Assembly (NCBI GenBank): GCA_900551555.1
Contig: URWC01000001.1
Coordinates: forward strand, 1,210-65,209
Source: an uncultured Collinsella sp.
GTDB lineage: Bacteria > Actinomycetota > Coriobacteriia > Coriobacteriales > Coriobacteriaceae
DNA length: 64,000 nucleotides
Reading direction: 5' to 3'
In this document: positions 51,308 through 61,024 of the stretch, one piece after another
Layout: each line of letters starts with the position of its first letter
Position numbering within the stretch: position 1 is the stretch's first letter
Notes under the pieces: model-generated
Databases searched by the model: none
Told to the model about the DNA's origin: nothing
Seen by the model: only the letters and a program-made list of their open reading frames with translations
Program-made: the position numbers and the translations under genes

Positions 51308-52116
51308 CGAGTATGTGGAGCAAATCCACAAGTTCGCACAGGTATGGGGCTGACGAGTCGGCCCTCGTCGTCCTCGCATGCTTGATTCTGACGCTCGACA
51401 TCGTAGGAGCAGATGGTCACGAGGTCTTGCATACCGGTGGAAACAATAGGTGCATCCACGCCCGGGGTCAAGCCCTGCAACAAAACATCAGCAGCGGAAA
51501 GCAAAATTTCCGGACGCATGGAGCCCTCGTTGTCGGCATGGGTGTCGAGCATGAGCACCAAATGGTCCGGGCGCTCCCCCGCCGTGAGCTCATAGCCCAC
51601 GAGCGTGTGATCCAAATCCAAGCGCTTGCTCTTTTTGCCGCGCGCGTAGTCGATGCCGTGGCCCGCGCGCAGCGTGTCGATCGCACGACGCACCTCGTCG
51701 GCGCTTACGGGCGCCTCGGGATCCAAGTGCAGGTCGATGCGATACGACAGGCGCGTGAGCTGCGCCGTCAACGCCGGCGTGCGCACGTCGATGTACGCCG
51801 CCTCGATGGGCGCCAGATCGGCCGGAGACGCCGCAGCCAGGCGCCCAAACGCCTCGTCGAGCGCCACGAACTCGGTCATAAACAGGTCATACCACTCGCA
51901 GGTCGACGACGTACCCACCGGCAGCGCCGAAGAGAAGCCCACGCGCATGTGCGGAGAGAAGCCCTGCGTGACGGCATAGGGAAGTCCCGCACGGCGCACG
52001 ATGCGCTCAATGGTATGGATCACTTCGAGATGGCCCAGGTACTTAAGGCGATCGCGCTTGCCATAGCGAACACGAAGTCTAAAGAGCGAGGGGTTGTCGG
52101 TCAGGCGCTCACTCAT
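51304..52116 (-). CDS. Radical SAM-linked protein (DUF2344 / TIGR03936-like)
   Basis: R.RY.K....YL.HL......ER..RRA.LP...T.GF.PH....F..ALPVG..S..E; coupled to the upstream radical SAM gene. Confidence 0.85.
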   Translation of the reverse strand: MSERLTDNPSLFRLRVRYGKRDRLKYLGHLEVIHTIERIVRRAGLPYAVTQGFSPHMRVGFSSALPVGTSSTCEWYDLFMTEFVALDEAFGRLAAASPADLAPIEAAYIDVRTPALTAQLTRLSYRIDLHLDPEAPVSADEVRRAIDTLRAGHGIDYARGKKSKRLDLDHTLVGYELTAGERPDHLVLMLDTHADNEGSMRPEILLSAADVLLQGLTPGVDAPIVSTGMQDLVTICSYDVERQNQACEDDEGRLVSPIPVRTCGFAPHTR

Positions 52117-53990
52117 GCGCGATCACCCATCAATACATTCTTGGCGTGGAGCGTGGGGCAGATCCCGCAGCCGGTGCACGACGTGCGGGTGCAGTCGGGA
52201 GTCGTGACGCCCTCGAGCGAGCGACGGTACTCGCGCTCGAGGAAGCCGCGCGTACAGCCAGGGCTCACATGCTCCCACGGCAGGCGCCAATCCAACTCGT
52301 AGGGCAGGTGCACGAGCTCATTGAGGTCGATGCCGTTTTTGGCAGCAGCTTCCTTCCAGTTATCGAGCGAGAAATGCTCTACCCAGGCGTCAAAGCGAGA
52401 GCCCGAGCGCCAAGCGTCGATGATGACGGGCGTCATGTCACGACCGGCGCGGGACAACGCAGCCTCGATGAGCGAGGTCTCGGCATCGTGGTAATGAACG
52501 CGGACGGCACGGTTGCGAACGCTCGTGATGAGCAGCTTCTGGCGACGCTTGACGTCGTCGTAGTCGAGCTGCGGGCACCACTGGAACGGCGTGGCAGCCT
52601 TAGGGATAAAGACCGAAACCGAGATCGACACCGAGATCGAGCCGCGACGAGCCTTGGGCACCACGGAACGACCGAGCTCCAGCACGTGATCGGCCAGATT
52701 GGCGATGGCCACGATGTCCTCGTCGCGCTCGCCGGGAAGGCCCATCATAAAGTAGAGCTTCATGCGGTTCCAGCCGGCCTCGAAGGCCGCCTTGGCCGCA
52801 CGGTCCAGGTCCTCCTCGGTCACGTTCTTGTTAATGATGTCGCGCATGCGCTGGCTGCCGGCCTCGGGCGCGAACGTCAGGCCGCCCTTCTTTTCGCCGG
52901 CGACCGACTCGGCCATATCCACGCCAAACGAATCCAGGCGCTGCGACGGAATAGACACGCGAATACCCGTATCCTCCAGGCGACGGTTGAGCCTGCCGAG
53001 CACGTCGCGAATGCAGGAGTGGTCGGTCGTGGAGAGCGAGGTCAGCGACACCTCGTCATAGCCGGTCTTTTCCAGACCCTGAATCACCGACGAGACGATC
53101 TGGTCGGCCGAGCGCTCGCGCACCGGGCGATACGTCATGCCGGCCTGGCAAAAACGACAGCCGCGGGCGCAGCCGCGCAGGATCTCGATAGACAGGCGGT
53201 CGTGGACCAGCTGCGCATAGGGCACGCACGACTGCGACAGCGGATTCGTGGCGCCGAAATCCTCGACGACGCGCTTGTAGACCACGGTCGGCGCATCCTT
53301 GCCCTCACGCGGCACGGTGTAGCCATGCGGCGAGCAGGGCTCGTCGTGACGAACCTCATAGAGCGACGGCACGTAGTTGCCGGCAATGGATGCAAGCTGC
53401 TCGACAATCTGCGCGCGCGGGACCCCTTCGTCACGCAGGCGGCGATGCAGCTGGCAGGTCTCGAGCAGCGATTCCTCGCCCTCACCGATGAGGATGGCAT
53501 CGAAGAAGGCCGCGTACGGCTCGGGGTTGTACACCGAGGGGCCGCCGGCGATGATGATGGGGTCGTCTTCGCCTCGGTCGGCCGCCAACAGTGGAATGCC
53601 AGCGAGGTCGAGTGCCTCGAGGAAGTTCGTCACCGCCATCTCGTGCGGCACATGCAGACCGACGATATCAAACGAAGCGACCGGCGCTGCACCCTCGAGC
53701 GAGAGCAGCGGAATACCCGCCTCGCGCATGGCGTCACCCATATCGGGCCACGGCACATAGCCGCGCTCGCAGGAGATGCCCTCGGCCTGGTTAAGGATGT
53801 TGTAGAGGATGGCGATGCCCTGGTTGGGCAGACCGACCTCGTACACATCCGGATAGATCAGGCAGCAACGGTAGTCGGCATCGGCCTTGGAAAGCGTGCC
53901 CCACTCGTGATCGATATAGCGGCTCGGCTTCTCGACCTTGGCGAGCAACGGCTCAATTAAATGAAAACAGTCTTGGTATGCAACGCGCAA
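52113..53990 (-). CDS. B12-binding radical SAM protein (TIGR03960-like)
   Basis: VEKPSRY, YPD.YEVG, RGCARGCRFCQAG (CxxxCxxC), LTFAPEAG..R.R..INK, KLYFM.GLP.E, C-terminal C...C..CG.C. Confidence 0.92.
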   Translation of the reverse strand: MRVAYQDCFHLIEPLLAKVEKPSRYIDHEWGTLSKADADYRCCLIYPDVYEVGLPNQGIAILYNILNQAEGISCERGYVPWPDMGDAMREAGIPLLSLEGAAPVASFDIVGLHVPHEMAVTNFLEALDLAGIPLLAADRGEDDPIIIAGGPSVYNPEPYAAFFDAILIGEGEESLLETCQLHRRLRDEGVPRAQIVEQLASIAGNYVPSLYEVRHDEPCSPHGYTVPREGKDAPTVVYKRVVEDFGATNPLSQSCVPYAQLVHDRLSIEILRGCARGCRFCQAGMTYRPVRERSADQIVSSVIQGLEKTGYDEVSLTSLSTTDHSCIRDVLGRLNRRLEDTGIRVSIPSQRLDSFGVDMAESVAGEKKGGLTFAPEAGSQRMRDIINKNVTEEDLDRAAKAAFEAGWNRMKLYFMMGLPGERDEDIVAIANLADHVLELGRSVVPKARRGSISVSISVSVFIPKAATPFQWCPQLDYDDVKRRQKLLITSVRNRAVRVHYHDAETSLIEAALSRAGRDMTPVIIDAWRSGSRFDAWVEHFSLDNWKEAAAKNGIDLNELVHLPYELDWRLPWEHVSPGCTRGFLEREYRRSLEGVTTPDCTRTSCTGCGICPTLHAKNVLMGDRA

Positions 53991-54000
53991 CGGAAAACCC

Positions 54001-54930
54001 CTAAGCAGCGAGATCGGATGCGTCTTGGTAGGACGCCATAGGACGGGTAGCGCCCGCGACCGTGGTCACCAGATCGCGAACGCGGGAGAACGTGGCAGTG
54101 ACCGCCTCGTTGGCACGGCTGTAGTCGACATCGCGCTCGTAGAGCGAAACGAGTGCACGGCCCATGCCGTAGGTGCCCGCGGCAGCAGTGAGCGCCTTGA
54201 CGGCAAACCCAATATGCGGCGTCTGCTTGACGAGCGCGCGGGTGACCGCGCGGATCACAAGACCGCCGGCAAGCACGCCCGCGACCTCATAACCGCGCTC
54301 GGGCTTAATACCGCGTCCAAAGATTGCCGCGAGCTCAAAGAGCATGCCCACCTGCGCCAGCGCCATAACGGGATAATCGGCCCCCGGCAAAAACACCAGC
54401 GCGCCCGTCGCCATATTGGTAAGCGCGCACGAGGTGATGATGCGGTTAGCGGCCGCAATACGCATAAAGGCGAAGTTCGCCGCAAATGCCGTCTCCTTGT
54501 CCGTGCGATCGAGAATCCAGCGGGCAAGCGTCTCGAGCAGATACGTCTTATCGGTAGCCGCCACCGCGCCGAGCATGGGCGTGGACTCCTGGATAAAAGG
54601 CACCTCGACAGCGGACTCGGCCAGCACGCACACGGGGGCGCCGGCAATCACGAGTTCCTGCACGGCGCTCTCAAGACGGTCGGATCCGCACGAAAGCACC
54701 AGCACCACATCGGTATCGGTCTTTGGAGCAATTCGCTCCTCCCCCAGACGCTCGACGCGCACAATGCCCGAGGTCGTCTGCGGCACAAAGGCGTCACGCA
54801 CCGTCTCGGCCAGAAAGCGCGAGGCGGACGAATCCAGATAGACCGAGACGCGCACCGGCGTATCGGAATCCTTCTTAACGGACGCGCCCATCTTAAAAGC
54901 GCGGGTCAGCTTATCTACGGGAATTTTCAT
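54001..54930 (-). CDS. Hypothetical protein with a DUF697/YcjF-like C-terminal region
   Basis: Long ORF with GAGGGG SD filling the rodA-radical SAM gap; LPGAD.PVM...Q..M...LA..FG motif. Confidence 0.6.
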   Translation of the reverse strand: MKIPVDKLTRAFKMGASVKKDSDTPVRVSVYLDSSASRFLAETVRDAFVPQTTSGIVRVERLGEERIAPKTDTDVVLVLSCGSDRLESAVQELVIAGAPVCVLAESAVEVPFIQESTPMLGAVAATDKTYLLETLARWILDRTDKETAFAANFAFMRIAAANRIITSCALTNMATGALVFLPGADYPVMALAQVGMLFELAAIFGRGIKPERGYEVAGVLAGGLVIRAVTRALVKQTPHIGFAVKALTAAAGTYGMGRALVSLYERDVDYSRANEAVTATFSRVRDLVTTVAGATRPMASYQDASDLAA

Positions 54931-54948
54931 GGCAAACCCCTCCAGCGG

Positions 54949-56175
54949 TTACGCGGCGCCCGAACGATGCCGCCATATGGATTGTACGATACCCACCGTC
55001 AGCAGCTGAATCATCATCGAAGACGAACCGAAGCTAATAAACGGTAGCGGAATACCGGTAATCGGCATCATGCCGATGCACATGCCGATGTTTTCGAAAG
55101 TCTGGAACGCCCACATGCCAACGATGCCCACACACGAAAGACGCAAAAACAGCGACTCGCACTTAAAGGCGACGCGAATCGTCGAAAAGATCAGCAGCAC
55201 GTAGAGGCACAGGAGCAAAAAGGAACCGCAAAAGCCAAAGGTCTCGGACAGGAAGGCGAAGACGAAGTCGGTGTGGAACTCAGGCAGAAAGCCGCCGGCC
55301 GACTGCGTCGCATGCCCCAGGCCCTTACCAAAGAAGCCGCCCGAGCCAACGGCGATAAGCGACTGCTGCAGGTTGTAGGCATCGTCCGAATCGGCATTAT
55401 CGGGGTCGATAAAGACCGTCAGACGGTTCATCTGATACTGCTTGATGAGCACATCGTGGCCGAGCAACGAATCAAAGACCGAATCAAGCGCCAGGACGAG
55501 GGCCACCAGGCCCACGAGCAGGGCCAGGGTCGACAGCACCCATTCGCGGCGTGCACCGCTCATGCAGATGACGATGGCGCCCGAAACCAGCACGACCAGG
55601 CCCGAGCCCAGGTCACCCATGGCAACGACGGCCAAAAACGGAATGGACAGCATGCCGCAGAGCTTGACGTAGTCGCGAACGGTATCGATGCGACCGTTAT
55701 ACTGCGAACCAAGCGTAGCAATAAAGAAGATGGTGATGAGCTTGGCAAGCTCAACCGGCTGGAACGTCAAGCCGATACCGGGAATCTTGATCCAGCCCGT
55801 CATGCCCAGACCGCCCGTATAGGACAGACCCGGAATCTTGGGCGAGAAGATCACGATCAGGTCGATGACGAGCAACGCCGTCGAGAAATTGGAAATACCG
55901 CGCAGGTCGGTACGCCAGACCAGCACCGCCAGCACCGCCCCGATGCCAATTCCCAGAAGATGGCGTGAAAACGATGCATCGGCCTTAAACTGCGAAGCCG
56001 ACCAGATAATGATGGCACCGTAGGCGACGAGCGCCACAGTAGCCACGAGCACACCGATATGCACCTTTTGGCGAAACGTGCCGCGCGAGGCCGAAAGTTG
56101 CTTGTTGACGCGGTCCAGGCTGCTGCGAGAGCCGGTCTTGGTTGAACGGAACAGATCCGCCGGAGAAAAATCCAT
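54949..56175 (-). CDS. rodA: SEDS family rod-shape protein RodA
   Basis: QP.ELAK, DLGS.LV, Y...QS.IAVGSGG..GKG, LPE.HTDF.F, MPITGIPLPFISFG.SS. Confidence 0.94.
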   Translation of the reverse strand: MDFSPADLFRSTKTGSRSSLDRVNKQLSASRGTFRQKVHIGVLVATVALVAYGAIIIWSASQFKADASFSRHLLGIGIGAVLAVLVWRTDLRGISNFSTALLVIDLIVIFSPKIPGLSYTGGLGMTGWIKIPGIGLTFQPVELAKLITIFFIATLGSQYNGRIDTVRDYVKLCGMLSIPFLAVVAMGDLGSGLVVLVSGAIVICMSGARREWVLSTLALLVGLVALVLALDSVFDSLLGHDVLIKQYQMNRLTVFIDPDNADSDDAYNLQQSLIAVGSGGFFGKGLGHATQSAGGFLPEFHTDFVFAFLSETFGFCGSFLLLCLYVLLIFSTIRVAFKCESLFLRLSCVGIVGMWAFQTFENIGMCIGMMPITGIPLPFISFGSSSMMIQLLTVGIVQSIWRHRSGAA

Positions 56176-56184
56176 CGCAACCTC

Positions 56185-58254
56185 CTATCGAACCGAAGAA
56201 TCGCCCGAGGCCGAAGAGGTATCGGGCTCGTCATAAATCACGCCGAGCACGTCGCGCACGACATGCATCGCGGTATCTGAGCCACCGCCGCCCTGCTCCA
56301 GGACGGTAGCGATGACATACTTGGGATCATCGGCCGGTGCATAGGCGCAGAACCACGCGTATTCGTCCTCGCCACTTTTCTCGCCCGTGCCCGACTTGCC
56401 GTATACCTGCGGCGTCAGGGTGCCAAAGTGCGCCGCCAGGGACGTCGATGCCGTGTAAATCACGTCGTGCATGCCGTTGCGAACAAGAGCCAAATCCGAA
56501 TCGCTGTTGATCTTGGCCTCCAGGCGCTTCTTCTTGCCCTTGCCATTGTACTTATAGGCATCGCCGTCGCCATCGCGCGACACGGCAGACAAAAATACGT
56601 GAGGCACGTACTGTTTGCCGCCGTTGGCAAGACCCATATAGGCGCACGCCATCTGCAGGGGCGTCACCAGGATGTCACCCTGACCGATGGCAATGTTGGT
56701 CATATCGCCGGCATTCCACTTGCGGTCCTCGGCAGATGCGTCGGTGAAGTACGACTCTTTCCACTCGGCATCGGGAATACGGCCCGCGCCCTCACTCGGC
56801 AGATCGATACCGCAGGTCTTGCCTAGACCCCAGCGACGAAAGACCTCCTGCAGGCCCTCGGGATGTTGCTCGTCATAAAAGAACGCCTTGCCCATGTCGT
56901 AGAAGACGGGGTCGCACGAGTTGGCGATACCCGACTGCAGCGTCATGGTGCCGTGGCCAGACGTCAGCCAGCAGCGCTTGCCCCAAGCCTTGCCCAGGCC
57001 CGTCCAATAGCCCGTGCAGTTGGTTGTCTGCGTTGAAGTGTAGGTTCCAAACTCAAGACCGGCCAGCGCCGAGAGCGGCTTGATGGTCGAGGCCGACATG
57101 TACTGTCCGCTAATGGCGCGGTTGAGCAGCGGGTGCGAACCCTTGTCATCATTGAGCTCGGTCCACACGTCATTTGAGACGCCGCCGATAAAGACGGACG
57201 GATCGAACTTGGGCTCGCTCGCCATGCCCAGGATCTCGCCATTGTTGGGATCGAGACACACCACGGCGCCGTTACCGGCATTGCTGTAGCCAGTGGTCTT
57301 GGCAAGCTCGATAGCGCTCGCCAGTGCCGCCTCACAGGCCTGTTGGATCTTAAGGTCGAGCGTGAGCTTAATGTCAGAGCCGGCCTTTGCGGGTACGGCG
57401 CCGGCCTGACCGGTCACATTGCCCGAGGCATCGACCTTGACGGTCTGCTCGCCACGAATACCCTGCAGCAGGTTTTCGTAGTAGCTCTCAACACCCGCCT
57501 GGCCCACGATATCGCCCGACTGGTACGTAATCTTGCCAGCAGAAGCATTATCATCGCCAGAGGTTTTCTTATTCTGGGCCTCGAGCTGCTCGGAGGTAAT
57601 GGTGCCGGTATAGCCCAAGATATGGCATGCCGTCTCACCGTATGGATACTGGCGCTCGGTACGCTCGGCAATCTTGACGCCCGGGAACTCGCCGGCGTGT
57701 TCCTTGATATAGGCAACCGTGGAGCGACGGACGTCCGTCGCGATGGTATGCAGGCTCTGAGCGCCCTCTGTATTGTCCTGAATATTGCGAAGGACCGCCA
57801 CATAAGGCATTCCAAGCACGTTGGCAAGATGGCGAACCAGAACCTCATCCTCGGCAAGGTCGCGGTAGGCCACGACAGCAAGTGAGGGACGGTTCTGGAC
57901 AAGCGCCACGCCATTGCGGTCGAGGATGCGGCCGCGTACAGCGGGAGTGGTAACGGTGCGAGTCTGATTGCTATTAGCCTGCTTCTCGTAATAGTCCGAC
58001 GAGACCATCTGCATGCCCCACAGCTTGACGGCGAGCGCCGCAAACATCGCGCCCACACCCGTGGTGAGGATGGAAAAGCGGCCCTTAAAGGCGGTCGCCG
58101 CGGTATTGCCCTCGCCCTCGGTGGCGCGTGGGGCCGTTCCATGCTGCGTATCGTAGGTAAAACGGGAATCGCCACGACGCATGATGACCAGCGCGACCAC
58201 GATGGCCACAACCAGCACGATACCAGCGATAATAACCGTCAACTGGGAAGACAT
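56185..58254 (-). CDS. mrdA: Penicillin-binding protein 2 (class B)
   Basis: RG.ILDRNG, R.YP.G, G..G.E..Y...L.G, STIK (SxxK), SCD, IGQG....TPLQ, GKSGT. Confidence 0.94.
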   Translation of the reverse strand: MSSQLTVIIAGIVLVVAIVVALVIMRRGDSRFTYDTQHGTAPRATEGEGNTAATAFKGRFSILTTGVGAMFAALAVKLWGMQMVSSDYYEKQANSNQTRTVTTPAVRGRILDRNGVALVQNRPSLAVVAYRDLAEDEVLVRHLANVLGMPYVAVLRNIQDNTEGAQSLHTIATDVRRSTVAYIKEHAGEFPGVKIAERTERQYPYGETACHILGYTGTITSEQLEAQNKKTSGDDNASAGKITYQSGDIVGQAGVESYYENLLQGIRGEQTVKVDASGNVTGQAGAVPAKAGSDIKLTLDLKIQQACEAALASAIELAKTTGYSNAGNGAVVCLDPNNGEILGMASEPKFDPSVFIGGVSNDVWTELNDDKGSHPLLNRAISGQYMSASTIKPLSALAGLEFGTYTSTQTTNCTGYWTGLGKAWGKRCWLTSGHGTMTLQSGIANSCDPVFYDMGKAFFYDEQHPEGLQEVFRRWGLGKTCGIDLPSEGAGRIPDAEWKESYFTDASAEDRKWNAGDMTNIAIGQGDILVTPLQMACAYMGLANGGKQYVPHVFLSAVSRDGDGDAYKYNGKGKKKRLEAKINSDSDLALVRNGMHDVIYTASTSLAAHFGTLTPQVYGKSGTGEKSGEDEYAWFCAYAPADDPKYVIATVLEQGGGGSDTAMHVVRDVLGVIYDEPDTSSASGDSSVR

Positions 58255-58267
58255 CTACGGGCCTCCC

Positions 58268-58840
58268 CTATTTGAGCTTGCGGGTCTTGGGCTTAAAGCG
58301 CATACCCGTCTGGCGTCCGCCACGTGCGGAGAATCCATAGCCGGACTGCGGCACGACGCCGGACATCAAAAACGGAATGGCAACCAGACCCGTCAGGATC
58401 GAGGACGGCAGCGCATGGCCGAAGATCGCCACGACAAAGCTCGTCTCCAAACCCATAAACAGCAAGATGATGCTGTAAATCACATTAATGACGAGCGCAA
58501 AGGCGCCCACAGTGACGCCGCGCGCACTCGGGGTACCGCCCGTCTGACCGACGGCGCTGTGCACCAGGGCAAAAGAGCCCACGGTCAGCAGGAGCGACAT
58601 AACGCCCACCGGCACGGCAGCGGACAGGTCATAGAACAAGCCGCTGCAAAAACCGCACACGACGGCACGGGTCGGGTCGCCCGAGAACACGCTTAGGCAC
58701 ACCAGGATAATCATGAAGTTGACGCGACCGCCCGCAATGGAGATCTGCGGTGCCAGGCCTGCCTGCAGCAGCACGCACACGATGGCGGCGATTACAAACG
58801 TGCGGGAGCTCATCCCCTGCTCGTGTAGATCCATGGACAT
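58268..58840 (-). CDS. mreD: Rod shape-determining protein MreD
   Basis: Multi-TM protein with GF..GL..D, located between mreC and pbp2. Confidence 0.8.
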   Translation of the reverse strand: MSMDLHEQGMSSRTFVIAAIVCVLLQAGLAPQISIAGGRVNFMIILVCLSVFSGDPTRAVVCGFCSGLFYDLSAAVPVGVMSLLLTVGSFALVHSAVGQTGGTPSARGVTVGAFALVINVIYSIILLFMGLETSFVVAIFGHALPSSILTGLVAIPFLMSGVVPQSGYGFSARGGRQTGMRFKPKTRKLK

Positions 58841-58845
58841 GCCCC

Positions 58846-59844
58846 CTATTCGCTCGAGCCGGAATCGGTCGTCTCGGACGTGTCGGAACTGTCATCCGAG
58901 CTCTCGTCCTTCGTCTTGGTCGCAGCATCGCGCGACGTTCCCTGCGGCGTGCTGTTGGCCGTGCTCACGTCCTCATCCGAGGCCGACTGTTCGTCGGTCA
59001 GCGAGGTGATGACCAGCACTTCCTCGTTGTTCTCGGCCGTGGTCTGGGCGCGCACCACAATGGTGTAGTACACGTCGTTTGCCGATTTCTCGACCGACGA
59101 GACGGTGCCGAGCGGTAGACCCTTGGGGAACACACCGCCAATGCCCGAGGTCACGATGATGTCGCCAACCTTAACATCGGAGTCGACGCTCACGTACTCA
59201 AGACGCAGCGTGCCGTCAGCCTGACCCTGCAGCATGCCTTGGGCGCGCGTGTCCTGCACCATAGCGGACACGCCCGAGTTCTCGTCGCCAATCAGGCGCA
59301 CGGTGGACGTCTTGGCCGAGACTTCGATGATCTGGCCGATAACACCGGCCGAACTCGTCACAGGCATGTTGATGGTAAGGCCGTCGGCAGAGCCCTTGTC
59401 GATAGTTACGGTCGAGGTCCAGGCATCGCCCGAGGCACCAACGATACGAGCAGCGGTCGATTTGAGGTTGTAGGTCGACTGCAGCCCGACCAGCCCCTCC
59501 AGACGCTCGGCGGTCTTTTGAGCCTCGGAGAGCTCGGCAACCTTAGAGGTCAGCTCCTCGTTTTGCTTCTTGAGCTCGTCGAGCGTGTCCTGCGACGCCG
59601 TAAGGTTAGAGAACACGTTGCCGATGGCATTGAAAGGAGCCGCCACAGCCGAACCCACAAAGCGCACCGGCGAGGTAATCGTCGTTACGCCCGAACGCAC
59701 GGCATGAATCGGTCCTGCCTCGCCCTCGCGGATGTAAAACGTGAGCAGCAACACCGAAATCAGGCTGAAAACAATCAACGGGCGCATACCCGTTGATTGT
59801 CGCTTGGTATTCAGATTTGTGGAGAAACCCGAAGATCGTGCCAA
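58846..59844 (-). CDS. mreC: Rod shape-determining protein MreC
   Basis: TM helix, coiled coil, IDKGS.DG, G.IG.I, GD.IVTSG.GG.FPKG.P.G.V. Confidence 0.93.
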   Translation of the reverse strand: MARSSGFSTNLNTKRQSTGMRPLIVFSLISVLLLTFYIREGEAGPIHAVRSGVTTITSPVRFVGSAVAAPFNAIGNVFSNLTASQDTLDELKKQNEELTSKVAELSEAQKTAERLEGLVGLQSTYNLKSTAARIVGASGDAWTSTVTIDKGSADGLTINMPVTSSAGVIGQIIEVSAKTSTVRLIGDENSGVSAMVQDTRAQGMLQGQADGTLRLEYVSVDSDVKVGDIIVTSGIGGVFPKGLPLGTVSSVEKSANDVYYTIVVRAQTTAENNEEVLVITSLTDEQSASDEDVSTANSTPQGTSRDAATKTKDESSDDSSDTSETTDSGSSE

Positions 59845-59865
59845 ATGGAATCCACCTTTTGGAAA

Positions 59866-60909
59866 TTAAGCATTGGTCTGGACGAAGCCGCCATCAAACG
59901 CATTGGCCTCGAGCACGCGGGCACAGCCGTTAACGACGTTATCGAGCGCCGTGGGGCTGACGTTGACCGAAACGCCGGTCTCATCGCGCAGGCGCACGTC
60001 GAGACCGCGCAGCAGCGCGCCGCCACCGGTCAGCAATATGCCATAGTACATAAGGTCCGAGGCAAGATCGGGCGGCGTGGCATCGAGTGCGTCCTTGACG
60101 GCCTTAGCCATCTCGTCGAGCGGCTTGTTGAGCGCGCGACGGATCTCCTCACTCTCGATGCGCACGGTCTTGGGCAGACCGGTGATCACGTCGCGGCCGT
60201 TGACCTCGACGTCGAGCTCGTCCTTGAGCGGCACGGCGGAGCCGACCTTGATCTTGATGTCCTCTGCCGTACGCTCGCCGATGGCCAAGTTGTAGGCATC
60301 GCGAACGTGCGTGAGGATGGCCTGATCGAACTCGTCGCCGGCAATACGGATGGACTGCGAGACGACGATACCGCCCATGGCGATAACAGCGACCTCGGTG
60401 GTACCGCCACCGATGTCGATGACCATGGAGCCGGTAGGCTCCTCGACGGGCAGGTCGGCGCCGATAGCGGCGGCCATAGGCTCTTCGATCAGATAGGCCT
60501 GGCGAGCGCCGGCCTGGATCGTGGCCTCAAAGACGGCACGCTTCTCGACCGACGTGACACCGGAGGGAACGCAGACGACAACGCGCGGACGCGGGGTCCA
60601 CGGATAGCGCTTCTCGGACGCCTTGTCGATAAAGTAGCGAAGCATAGCCTCTGTAACATCGAAGTCGGCGATGACGCCGTCCTTCAGGGGACGAACGGCC
60701 ACGATGTTGCCGGGCGTACGGCCGAGCATGCGCTTTGCCTCGATACCGACCGCCAGGATGCGCTCGTCGTTCTTGTCGATGGCGACTACAGAGGGCTCGC
60801 GAATGACGATGCCCTTGCCGCGCACGGAGACAAGCGTATTGGCGGTGCCGAGGTCGATGGCAAGATCGCCCGCATAGCTACCGAAGAACATATCCATCAA
60901 AGAAAACAA
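59866..60909 (-). CDS. mreB: Actin-like MreB (start may be 60897)
   Basis: IDLGTANT, EPSVVA, RPLKDGVIADF, IEEPMAAAIGA, DIGGGTTEVA, LTGGGALL. Confidence 0.97.
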   Translation of the reverse strand: MFSLMDMFFGSYAGDLAIDLGTANTLVSVRGKGIVIREPSVVAIDKNDERILAVGIEAKRMLGRTPGNIVAVRPLKDGVIADFDVTEAMLRYFIDKASEKRYPWTPRPRVVVCVPSGVTSVEKRAVFEATIQAGARQAYLIEEPMAAAIGADLPVEEPTGSMVIDIGGGTTEVAVIAMGGIVVSQSIRIAGDEFDQAILTHVRDAYNLAIGERTAEDIKIKVGSAVPLKDELDVEVNGRDVITGLPKTVRIESEEIRRALNKPLDEMAKAVKDALDATPPDLASDLMYYGILLTGGGALLRGLDVRLRDETGVSVNVSPTALDNVVNGCARVLEANAFDGGFVQTNA

Positions 60910-60969
60910 CGCAACTCCTGATGTGTTGGATGATTGCTGGAAAACTACTAGCTCATCATACTAGCGCAA

Positions 60970-61002
60970 GCCCGGCACCTCACTTGCGGTGAAGCGCCGG
61001 GC
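60970..61002 (-). terminator. Hairpin between the TPR gene and mreB
   Basis: GCCCGGC...GCCGGGC inverted repeat with a TCAC/GTGA inner stem; no good U-tract. Confidence 0.4.
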
Positions 61003-61024
61003 AAAGCTAAATCCCATAAGGTCA

